From: Actinomycetota bacterium
GTDB lineage: Bacteria > Actinomycetota > Acidimicrobiia > IMCC26256 > JAGPDB01
Assembly: GCA_963169585.1 (NCBI GenBank)
Contig: CAUJDU010000035.1
Span: 1-52,937, forward strand
Reading direction: 5' to 3'
Length of the DNA: 52,937 nucleotides
A model generated the notes under the pieces. The model made no database searches. It was not told where the DNA came from and worked only from the letters and a program-made list of their open reading frames with translations. A program made the position numbers and the translations under genes. Positions 45,175-52,937 of the stretch are shown piece by piece. Position 1 is the stretch's first letter. Each line of letters begins with the position of its first letter.

Positions 45175-46094
45175 ATAATGTTATTCAGGCTGAGGGTCTA
45201 CGTAAAAGTTATTCAGGAGAAATTGCATTAGATGGGTTTTCTTTGAGTGTTCCAAAGGGTATGATTTTCGGTCTGTTAGGCCCTAACGGAGCAGGTAAGA
45301 CAACAGCCATTGAAATTATGTTGGGTCTGAGAGTCTCAGATAGCGGCAATGTTAGTGTACTTGGTGAAAATCCCGGAAAGAACTTTCATCTAATAGCTCC
45401 TAAAGTTGGGGCAATGCTTCAAGAAGGGGGGATAAACCCCGGACTTAAACCCAGAGAAGCACTTAAGCTTTACAGTTCATTTTACCCACAATCTCTTGAT
45501 ATCGACGAGTTGCTTGTCCAAGTCGACCTTAAAGGTGTTAATACAAATGTCAGAAGGCTTTCTGGGGGACAAGCACAATCTCTTTCGCTTGCTCTAGCAG
45601 TTATTGGTAAACCTGAATTAGTATTCCTCGATGAACCCACAGTAGGAATGGATCCTCGTGCACGTAGACGCACTTGGGAGCTCATTAAAAATCTCCGTGA
45701 ACATGGGACTACCGTAGTCTTGACAACACATTTAATGGATGAAGCTGAGATGTTATGTGATGAGATAGCAATTGTTTCTAAGGGCAAAGTAATTGTCCAA
45801 AGTGACACAAAAAGTCTAACAAAGGCAATCGGAGAAGAAATAGAAGTAGAGTTTGAAAAACCTATAGATCTTGAGAGATTGAATTCTGTAATTGGATATG
45901 ATTTTAGACAAACCCAAGCAAACTGTATTTCAATAGGCGCTCAATCATCTACATTGCTACTAAAACAAATCGCCGATTTTGCTCATGAAGAAGAAAATAT
46001 GGTTATTCGTTATGCTTCTCTAAATAAAAAGCTAGAAGATGTTTTTTTTGAAATGACTTCAGAAAATGTTGACCCCGAAATGGATACAGAATAA
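45156..46094 (+). CDS. ABC-2/DrrA-type exporter ATP-binding protein
   Basis: The Walker A is GPNGAGKTT, the signature is LSGGQAQS, and the Walker B is LVFLDEPTVGMDP. The H-loop is TTH. It overlaps the upstream gene by 19 nt. Confidence 0.9.
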   Translation: MLETAMNNVIQAEGLRKSYSGEIALDGFSLSVPKGMIFGLLGPNGAGKTTAIEIMLGLRVSDSGNVSVLGENPGKNFHLIAPKVGAMLQEGGINPGLKPREALKLYSSFYPQSLDIDELLVQVDLKGVNTNVRRLSGGQAQSLSLALAVIGKPELVFLDEPTVGMDPRARRRTWELIKNLREHGTTVVLTTHLMDEAEMLCDEIAIVSKGKVIVQSDTKSLTKAIGEEIEVEFEKPIDLERLNSVIGYDFRQTQANCISIGAQSSTLLLKQIADFAHEEENMVIRYASLNKKLEDVFFEMTSENVDPEMDTE

Positions 46095-46798
46095 TGAAGT
46101 CTATACTTGCTTTAGCTGTTTCAGATCTAAAAATAACTTTTAGAAGAGGTGAAGCCTTAATATTAAATCTACTTGTTCCAATAGCAGTATTAGTAGCTCT
46201 TGCAAATACATCAACTGGGATAACAAGAGCGATGCCATTCGTGTATTTACAGGCTGTTTTAGCGACAAGTATGGTTAGTCTTGGAATCACAACTGGTTTC
46301 GATCGAAGATTCCGTGTTTTAGTGAGACTTGGGACCACGCCACTTGGACGACGGGGACTTATATATTCAAAAATCGTATCTCTCATTGTTTTACAAGCTA
46401 TCCAACTTTTAATTTTAAGTTTGGTAGGCGTCTTTTTAGGCTGGCAGCCAGATCCTAAGTGGCTATTAGCTATTCCTCTATGCTGGTTTGCTTCCTGTGC
46501 TTTTGCCGGGATTGCACTATTAATTGCCGGCAATGTCAAAGCTGAAGCAAACCTTGGACTCCAAAATCTTTTATATCTTTTTATGATCGGAATCGGAAGT
46601 ATTGGTTTTGCCGATAATTCTAGAGTTCCAGATTCTGTGCATACGATAGTTACTATATTTCCATCTGGAGCATTGCACTCACTTCTCAGATATTTAGGGG
46701 GAATTGGCAATTTTTCACCAGTTGCACTCATTTCTATTATCTTGTGCTCACTAGCTCTGCCATTAATCGCAGCTAAAAAATTCTCATTCGATGAGTGA
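46094..46798 (+). CDS. ABC-2 type exporter permease
   Basis: It is a six-helix hydrophobic protein of 234 aa. Its start overlaps the ATPase stop (TAATG). Confidence 0.8.
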   Translation: MKSILALAVSDLKITFRRGEALILNLLVPIAVLVALANTSTGITRAMPFVYLQAVLATSMVSLGITTGFDRRFRVLVRLGTTPLGRRGLIYSKIVSLIVLQAIQLLILSLVGVFLGWQPDPKWLLAIPLCWFASCAFAGIALLIAGNVKAEANLGLQNLLYLFMIGIGSIGFADNSRVPDSVHTIVTIFPSGALHSLLRYLGGIGNFSPVALISIILCSLALPLIAAKKFSFDE

Positions 46799-47296
46799 TA
46801 ATATCTTTTCTAATTCTTTAACGCTAGTGACCCCATAAGTCCTGTATACAATTACATCTCCTTTAACAAATAAAGTCTGAGGTGCATTCGTAATACCTAG
46901 TGACTTTTCGATTTTTCCATTCGATAAAAGTGTCGTTTCAAACTTTCCATATTTTTCTTCAAATTCTTTGATTTTAAATGGGACATCCCTAAAGGCAACT
47001 CCAATGACAGTTATGGAATCATTCCGTTTAGCAAATTCAATTACTTCAGGAACACTTTTGCGGCAAGGTAAACACCATTCTGCAAAGACTTCAAAAACTC
47101 TTATATTAGATTCGTTGCGAAAAATGAACTTATCCCCATCTAAAGTTTGCGCCTCGAATTTAGGTATCCGAGTATTCGTTTTAACAATGGTGGAAGTACT
47201 CGAATCTCTATTAAGAACACTTGTATAACCAGAAAATATAATAACTAAAGCCATTACAATAACAACAGCCAGCAGAACATAATATTTTGGCCGCAT
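46784..47296 (-). CDS. Membrane-anchored thioredoxin-fold thiol:disulfide oxidoreductase (TlpA/ResA-like)
   Basis: It has an N-terminal TM helix and the active site FAEWCLPCRK (CxxC). It abuts the ctaB stop, so it is probably co-transcribed with ctaB. Confidence 0.85.
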   Translation of the reverse strand: MRPKYYVLLAVVIVMALVIIFSGYTSVLNRDSSTSTIVKTNTRIPKFEAQTLDGDKFIFRNESNIRVFEVFAEWCLPCRKSVPEVIEFAKRNDSITVIGVAFRDVPFKIKEFEEKYGKFETTLLSNGKIEKSLGITNAPQTLFVKGDVIVYRTYGVTSVKELEKILSLIE

Positions 47297-48214
47297 TTAA
47301 ATGACCGAATCTATAGCTATTGCGATAAAAAGGATTGCTAAGTATCCATTTGAAATATGAAAAAATCTCATAAATCTGCCTCTATGAATATTTTCAGAAT
47401 CTTTAGTTAGTCGCCATGCTTCAACGATAAACCAAATACTCAAGAGCACAGCAAATATTAGATATATAAATCCAAGATTATTATCAAAAAGTAAGATAAA
47501 AGAAGTTAAACAAGTCGCTAAGGTGTAAACGAACATAGCTCTAGCAGTATAAACTCGTCCTCTTGTTATAGGCATCATGGGGAAACCTCCTCTTTCGTAG
47601 TCATCCTTATGGAAAACTGCAAGTGCCCAAAAATGAGCTGGGGTCCAAAAGAATACAATCAAAAACATTACGATTGGCTGCCAACTTATACTATTAGAAA
47701 CGGCGCTATATCCGATAATTACGGGCATGGCACCTGCAGCACCACCAATAACAATATTTTGATCCGAACGAGGTTTTAACCAGATCGTATAAATAACGAC
47801 ATATATAAAAGAAGCCAAGAGCGTAGAAGTAGCTGCCAAGATATTGGATGTGAAAAGTACAATTAAGAACGCCAATATCTGCGAAAGTATTGCAAATGAC
47901 CACGCAATTTTTTGTGAAAGACGACGTTGAGCCATTGGTCTCATGCGAGTCCTATTCATATTTGGATCAATGTCTCGCTCGATAATTGAATTTATGGCAT
48001 TCGAAGAACCAGCAGCCAGCGTCCCCCCAATTAAGACACCGAATATTTTTATTGCATCGGGAAAATCCCCAGCAGCAAGAAACATCGCAGGAAGGGCAGT
48101 AGTGATAAGTAATTCGATAACACGTGGTTTGCTTAGGGCAACAAGATCAGAAATTACTGAAGATTTAGGGGCTTTGTTTGCCTGTGGGTTTTCATGCTCG
48201 CTTGACATCAACAA
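47297..48214 (-). CDS. ctaB: Protoheme IX farnesyltransferase (heme O synthase)
   Basis: It is a UbiA-family multi-TM protein with the motif NSIIERDIDPNMNRTRMRP. Confidence 0.94.
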   Translation of the reverse strand: MLMSSEHENPQANKAPKSSVISDLVALSKPRVIELLITTALPAMFLAAGDFPDAIKIFGVLIGGTLAAGSSNAINSIIERDIDPNMNRTRMRPMAQRRLSQKIAWSFAILSQILAFLIVLFTSNILAATSTLLASFIYVVIYTIWLKPRSDQNIVIGGAAGAMPVIIGYSAVSNSISWQPIVMFLIVFFWTPAHFWALAVFHKDDYERGGFPMMPITRGRVYTARAMFVYTLATCLTSFILLFDNNLGFIYLIFAVLLSIWFIVEAWRLTKDSENIHRGRFMRFFHISNGYLAILFIAIAIDSVI

Positions 48215-48232
48215 ATATCGTAGTTTGGCTTA

Positions 48233-48619
48233 GTGTTTAACCCCGAAATGACAGTAGATTATATATTCATGAATTCAAAAAACGATTCGTATGCTGATAT
48301 TGATTCGATAGGGGATTCCTTAAAAATGTTGGGTGATCGAATATTGTTGGTCCCTTCAGACGAAGATGGTGAAAGAGCCACAAGAGGCGGATTGGTAATA
48401 CCTGCTACAGCAAATAACGAGCGTCGACTCAAATGGGGTCGAGTTATATCTGTCGGGCCTAATACAAGAAATATTGAGGCCCAAGATAGCGTTTTGTATG
48501 CTCCCGATAGCGGTTTTGAGGTGGAAATTCATGGTGATCCCTATTTAATATTGCGTGAGCGTGATCTCCATGCCACAGCAAGCCAAGATAGCGATTTAGC
48601 TCCTGGTCTATATCTTTAG
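48233..48619 (+). CDS. Cpn10/GroES-family protein (paralog-like), with an uncertain start
   Basis: LGDRILLVPSDEDGERATRGGLVIPATANNERRLKWGRVISVGPNT...DSVLYAPDSGFEVEIHGDPYLILRERDLHA aligns by eye along the full GroES pattern. Candidate starts are GTG 48233, ATG 48248, ATG 48269 and ATG 48326. Confidence 0.7.
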   Translation: MFNPEMTVDYIFMNSKNDSYADIDSIGDSLKMLGDRILLVPSDEDGERATRGGLVIPATANNERRLKWGRVISVGPNTRNIEAQDSVLYAPDSGFEVEIHGDPYLILRERDLHATASQDSDLAPGLYL

Positions 48620-48624
48620 GTGTA

Positions 48625-48837
48625 TTGATGGAAGAGGTAAAGCAAGATCTTATAGAGATCAGAGAAAAAGTTCGAGATAATTCTTTATCGCTATTAAACG
48701 ATGCACTGTATCGAGGAGATGAGCAAGCAAAAAAGTTGGAACGTCAATGCGCAAAAATATCTCGCGCAATTGATAAAGCTATCTATGAGTGTGACAATTT
48801 AGACAAAATGTCTAATAACTCAAATTTCTTGGACTAA
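48625..48837 (+). CDS. Small charged helical protein of unknown function
   Basis: The ORF is 69-70 aa. ATG 48628 follows AGGTG (48616-48620). The sequence has a coiled-coil-like composition. I recognised no family. Confidence 0.4.
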   Translation: MMEEVKQDLIEIREKVRDNSLSLLNDALYRGDEQAKKLERQCAKISRAIDKAIYECDNLDKMSNNSNFLD

Positions 48838-49871
48838 CTTTCATTTATCCTGTCGATTAACATTCGAATTCGTGACCAATGGTGTTTATTGAACTTGAAT
48901 CGAATTCTTGATAACTCTAGATGATCGTTATCTTCAATCTCATCTTTGCTAGCTGTACACTTTTCGATAGATCCATCGACGATGATATCACCAAATTCGT
49001 TATTTAGAGCTTGTAATGTCTGATCAGTAAGTTCATTTTGCATGCGAAGTACAAGGATCCCAGATACGAATCTTTGAGAATGATAATTTCTGTAGAACGA
49101 TGTTATTTCTGAAGTGGCGTCAATGATGGAATTTGTAACCTTAAAGAGAGAGAGATCATCCTTTGAAATATAATTTCCACCTAGCAGATCTCTTTTTATG
49201 AATTCTTCCCAGCCCTTCCAGTAGGTACCTTTTTCTTCATCGAGAAACACAATTGGTACAGACATCATTTTTCCAGTTTGTACAAGTGTTAAAAGTTCGA
49301 AGGCTTCATCCATTGTTCCAAAACCACCAGGCAGAAGTATAAATCCCGAACTTTCTTTCATAAACATTAGTTTTCGAGTAAAGAAATATCGAAAACTAAT
49401 TAGCTTGGGATCGCCTGTGAGAAATTGTGATGTACTCGATTCGAAAGGTAATTTTATATCCACACCAAAGGACATTTCAGTTCCAGCACCTTCAATCCCA
49501 GCAGTCATAATCCCAGGTCCTGCACCGGTAATGACCATCCAGTTGTTTTTTGCTAGTTCGGCTGCAACAGTTTTAGCTTGCTTATACAATTCGTGATCAA
49601 TTGAAGTTCGAGCTGAACCAAAAATTGATGCTTTTCTATTTTTTCTGTAGGGTTCAAAAATCTTGAATGCATATCGCATCTCTTTTAGAGCAGCACTGGC
49701 AATTTTTAAATCTCCTCTGTCAGCATTGTCTCTTGACATTCGTAAAGCAGATGTAATTGAATCTTGGATTAAGTCAAAGTTTTCTTTGTTGCCTCCAGAT
49801 AGGTCTACTAATTCCTTTATCATGGCATCAATTTTTGGATCACCGGTTCTATATCTGGGGGCTCTAGCCAT
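48834..49871 (-). CDS. LOG-family (TIGR00730 / PpnN-like) nucleotide 5'-monophosphate nucleosidase with a C-terminal extension
   Basis: Motifs seen are TGAGPGIMTAG and the LOG signature PGGFGTMDEAFE. An extra C-terminal region of about 120 aa follows. Confidence 0.82.
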   Translation of the reverse strand: MARAPRYRTGDPKIDAMIKELVDLSGGNKENFDLIQDSITSALRMSRDNADRGDLKIASAALKEMRYAFKIFEPYRKNRKASIFGSARTSIDHELYKQAKTVAAELAKNNWMVITGAGPGIMTAGIEGAGTEMSFGVDIKLPFESSTSQFLTGDPKLISFRYFFTRKLMFMKESSGFILLPGGFGTMDEAFELLTLVQTGKMMSVPIVFLDEEKGTYWKGWEEFIKRDLLGGNYISKDDLSLFKVTNSIIDATSEITSFYRNYHSQRFVSGILVLRMQNELTDQTLQALNNEFGDIIVDGSIEKCTASKDEIEDNDHLELSRIRFKFNKHHWSRIRMLIDRINES

Positions 49872-49914
49872 TAAATGTCATCTCCTGAATAATTTATGCT
49901 CATCGACATAAACA

Positions 49915-50946
49915 CTAGCGCAGATTAGCTATATTTACGGGAAGTTCGTTGTTGGCAAGGAATTCTGACAAGATTATTTCTGGTTTTTCAATAGAAAATC
50001 TGGGACCTGTTTGAGAAATAATTGCTTTTGCAAGCTCATTCCCAAATTTTGCGCAATATTCAATATTCCAACCTTGTAAAACTCCATATAGATATCCCGC
50101 ACAAAATTGGTCACCAGCACCAGTAAGGTCAACTATATCTGTCACTTTCGAAGTGCCACATGTCACTGTTCTTGATGCAGAAAATATTGTTGCGCCTAAT
50201 TCTGATCTTGTCACAACTAAATCACACGGTAGAGGTTGTGGGAAAGCCTTATCGTAATCAATGTTATTTTCTTTAGGGTAAAGAGTTTGTAGCTCGTTTG
50301 CGTTCGCAAAAACTAACCAAGATTGTTCAACTAGGTATTGAAAGCGGGAAAGATATCCTTCTACACAGCTGCAATCACTTAACGTTAAAATAATTTTTGT
50401 ATCATTTTCCTTAAAATAAGGTAAAGACTTTTTGATATGATCCCAAGCGACATCTGAAGTCAATAGATAGCCTTCTATAACTAAATAATCAACGCAATTT
50501 TGGGTATCGCTTTCAAAGAAATTTTCTATATTGTCTTGGCTAGCACCTAAACACGTATTCATTGTGCGTTCAGAGTCTGGTGTAATCAGAATTACACTTT
50601 TCCCAGTCGGTTGGTTTTTATCAATAACTAAATTTGTGTTTACCCCACGTTCAACTAAAGATGTCTTGAAAGATTCACCCCAATTATCATCTCCGATTGC
50701 TCCAAAAAAGCTCGAATAGATATTAAGACAAGAAAGAGTAGCGATACTATTAGCTGCTGAACCTCCTGGTGATATTTCATATTCTGTTATTTCATCCAAT
50801 ATCTTCTTATGAAATTCTTTTGAACATAGTTGCATAGAGCCCTTGACCAGTTCAAGTGTGTTAAGCATTTCATCTTCAACGTATGCAGAAATATCGACGA
50901 TGGCATTACCTATGCCAGTAATAGTTTGTTGTTTACGGGGTTCCAT
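49915..50946 (-). CDS. PfkB-family sugar/nucleoside kinase (adenosine-kinase-like)
   Basis: An N-terminal GG dipeptide region (ISPGGSAANS) and the C-terminal ATP/anion-hole motif DLTGAGDQFCAGYLYG are present. Confidence 0.85.
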   Translation of the reverse strand: MEPRKQQTITGIGNAIVDISAYVEDEMLNTLELVKGSMQLCSKEFHKKILDEITEYEISPGGSAANSIATLSCLNIYSSFFGAIGDDNWGESFKTSLVERGVNTNLVIDKNQPTGKSVILITPDSERTMNTCLGASQDNIENFFESDTQNCVDYLVIEGYLLTSDVAWDHIKKSLPYFKENDTKIILTLSDCSCVEGYLSRFQYLVEQSWLVFANANELQTLYPKENNIDYDKAFPQPLPCDLVVTRSELGATIFSASRTVTCGTSKVTDIVDLTGAGDQFCAGYLYGVLQGWNIEYCAKFGNELAKAIISQTGPRFSIEKPEIILSEFLANNELPVNIANLR

Positions 50947-50954
50947 ATGTGCAT

Positions 50955-52214
50955 TTACGAGCGCGGTTTTGAAACAGGGAAGTTAGAACCACGTTTCTGT
51001 CGCAAGGGTAGTAGCGGAATTTCTTCTTCAACTGCAACTTCAGTTAAATCTATGCTTTTATATTGTTTCGTGGCTGAAACATTATTCCGTTCATTATTTT
51101 TTAGAGGATCGTTAATGATATAACCTTTTTCATTTGTTACAGCATTCACAAAAACACGCAAGTGATCTGCTAGAAATCCTGGCTTTGAAATAAACTCAGG
51201 ATAAATTGCTGCCCTAGCCTTTAATTTTTTCCCAAATTCTAAAATTTGATCAGCGAGAGTTTTTAAATGAGGCCAGGGTTTCTCTGGATTTACATAGTCA
51301 ATAGTCACAGTAGAAATTCCCCCAAAGTCGTCTATGCCTGCACGAATTAGATCTGGAATCGAGCTTGCTAGATTCGGAGGTGCTTGAATGTGCGTTGTAT
51401 TTTCAAATATCATTCTGGCAGCTGCGATGGTCCACAGATGCTCTTCGTGGTCACATTCCGGAGTGCTAGCCATAGCTGTTACAGGCTTAGGGATGAAATT
51501 TTGAATGATAATTTCTTGAATGTGCCCATAGGTAGAATTGAGATCGCGTAATGCTAGAAGCCCTTCAATGCGCTCATGTCTTGTATCTCCAATCCCAACA
51601 AGTAACCCCGTAGTAAATGGGACTTGCGCACGTCCAGCAGCTTCTATAGTTGCTAATCGTCTAGCAGGAGTTTTATCTGGTGATCCAAAGTGTGGCCCTC
51701 CAGGCTCACAAAGTCGACCAGCAATAGATTCAAGCATCATCCCTTGTGAGATGCTTACCTCTTTTAACAGCCGGATCTCTTTGCCAGAAATAGCGCCAGG
51801 GTTAACATGAGGTAACAAAGAAAATTCCGTAATAACTAACCGAGCCATATCGGCCAAATAATCAGTAGTGGTTGAATAACCACGTTCTCTTAGCCATAGG
51901 CTGGCTTGTTCATATCTGTTTTCAGGGGCTTCACCTAAGGTAAATAGTGCCTCGAAGCAATTATTTTCAACTCCCTGAGTACAGATCTCTCTAATCTGAT
52001 CAGCAGTCATGAAAAGTGATTCAAGAGAATCTGGAGATTTAGCAAAACTACAATAAGAACAAGTATCTTGGCAGAGGTGAGTTAATGGGAGAAAAACTTT
52101 TGGAGAATAAGTAATTGTATGTAAAGCATACTCATCACGTATCGCGCTGGCATTGTCAGCTATATCCTCAAAGGAAAAACGTGTTAGACGAAATGCTTCG
52201 TCCTTGGTAAGCAT
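50955..52214 (-). CDS. cofG: Radical-SAM FO synthase subunit CofG (7,8-didemethyl-8-hydroxy-5-deazariboflavin synthase subunit 1)
   Basis: The cluster motif is LCQDTCSYCSF (CxxxCxxC). CofG / FbiC-N-half-like blocks are ITYSPKVFLPLT, EALFTLGEAPENRY, GYSTTTDY, LLPHVNPG, SQGMMLES, GSPDKTPARRL, PFTTGLLVGIGD, IQEIIIQNF and IQAPPNL. Confidence 0.85.
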   Translation of the reverse strand: MLTKDEAFRLTRFSFEDIADNASAIRDEYALHTITYSPKVFLPLTHLCQDTCSYCSFAKSPDSLESLFMTADQIREICTQGVENNCFEALFTLGEAPENRYEQASLWLRERGYSTTTDYLADMARLVITEFSLLPHVNPGAISGKEIRLLKEVSISQGMMLESIAGRLCEPGGPHFGSPDKTPARRLATIEAAGRAQVPFTTGLLVGIGDTRHERIEGLLALRDLNSTYGHIQEIIIQNFIPKPVTAMASTPECDHEEHLWTIAAARMIFENTTHIQAPPNLASSIPDLIRAGIDDFGGISTVTIDYVNPEKPWPHLKTLADQILEFGKKLKARAAIYPEFISKPGFLADHLRVFVNAVTNEKGYIINDPLKNNERNNVSATKQYKSIDLTEVAVEEEIPLLPLRQKRGSNFPVSKPRS

Positions 52215-52236
52215 ATGTCTAGTTTAGACTGAGTTG

Positions 52237-52937
52237 TTACATCTGAGCCAGGCGAGTTTGAATTGAACTTAGACAAGATTTGTAAGAAGCCTCAAATGAA
52301 GTTACCCCTTCATCTTCTAACTCTTTCATAATCGCCGTAATCGGTGCTACTTCTAATATCTCATACCAAGTAGATTTTAAGGTCGCAAGCTGGTCATTTA
52401 GGTCAGTATTTGGATATTCACCGCTTGAGGACTCTAGAGCAGCGATTGTAACCCCAGGTAAAGTGTTAACAGTATTTCTTGCGATAAGCCCATCTACATA
52501 AAGGGTAGGAGAATAGTTAGGATTTTTTGTTGATGTAGAAGCCCAAAGTGGCCGCTGAAGAGTTTGCGTATTTGTATTAAATTGTTCGCAGAACTGCGCA
52601 TAGGCCAAAGAAGCATTTGCAATAGCAGCCTTACCTCGTAGGTTGGAATTATCATCTAATGCATTATCGACTTTTGAATCCAATCTTGAGATAAAGAACG
52701 AAGCAACACTTTGAGGGATGTTATCCGCTTTTTCTGCCCCTTTTTTGAAACTATTAATTACTTGAGTATATCGTTCCTGAGAAAAAATTAGAGTTACATT
52801 TACAGGAATCGAATTAGCTATAACAGCTTCGATGGCAGGAATGCCCTCTAATGTTGCAGGAATTTTTATCATTACATTATCTTTACCAATTCGAGAATAT
52901 AGTTCATTGGCTTGAGCGATTGTTTCTGCAGTGTTAT
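52237..52937 (-). CDS. tal: Transaldolase (actinobacterial long type), with the N-terminus beyond the window end
   Basis: The frame stays open upstream of the track's Met to the window edge (...NTAETIAQANELYSRIGKDNVMIKIPATLEGIPAIE). The IKIPAT active-site lysine region and SFFISRLD are present. Confidence 0.9.
   Translation of the reverse strand, partial: NTAETIAQANELYSRIGKDNVMIKIPATLEGIPAIEAVIANSIPVNVTLIFSQERYTQVINSFKKGAEKADNIPQSVASFFISRLDSKVDNALDDNSNLRGKAAIANASLAYAQFCEQFNTNTQTLQRPLWASTSTKNPNYSPTLYVDGLIARNTVNTLPGVTIAALESSSGEYPNTDLNDQLATLKSTWYEILEVAPITAIMKELEDEGVTSFEASYKSCLSSIQTRLAQM

Noticed and set aside
46003-46731. The 242-aa minus-strand ORF opposite the ABC-2 permease.
   Set aside because: It lies entirely antisense to a well-supported, translationally coupled permease gene. 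Its composition (R/K/P/S-rich with no motifs) is what the antisense of a hydrophobic gene gives.

Overview
This 52.9-kb chromosomal window appears to come from a gene-dense, low-G+C actinobacterium (roughly 35-40 % by eye). The lineage call rests on classical actinobacterial core synteny: polA-rpsA-(two-component system)-coaE-uvrB-uvrA ... uvrC-rapZ-yvcK-gap-pgk-tpiA-secG, plus a ctaA / ABC-2 exporter / ctaB / tal neighbourhood. I call about 50 CDS and one tRNA. I saw no rRNA, CRISPR array, transposase, integrase or phage structural module.

Most of the window is housekeeping: nucleotide excision repair, glycolysis, a Dpp/Opp-type peptide ABC importer with two binding proteins, lysS, glyA, msrB, heme A/O synthesis and cofG.

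Four parts look non-core or unusual:
- tRNA-Leu whose anticodon reads AAG (28058-28141). It is followed directly by a GC-rich 68-bp tandem repeat (28150-28327) that abuts the metA start.
- A 5.3-kb cassette (29.3-34.6 kb) of exported or membrane-anchored fibre-like proteins. It holds a collagen-like stalk gene interrupted by one in-frame TGA and an 845-aa parallel-beta-helix protein with a Pro/Thr/Val tandem repeat.
- A Pif1-family helicase, divergent from a circularly-permuted-ATP-grasp / alpha-E / transglutaminase-like triad. That gene association is widespread but functionally unsolved, and here the ATP-grasp protein carries a poly-Gln tail.
- The absence of whiA from its conserved slot between yvcK and gap.

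All family assignments come from reading motifs in the supplied translations. No database search was possible. CDS coordinates follow the ORF track and include the stop codon, and start codons I adjusted are noted in the evidence.
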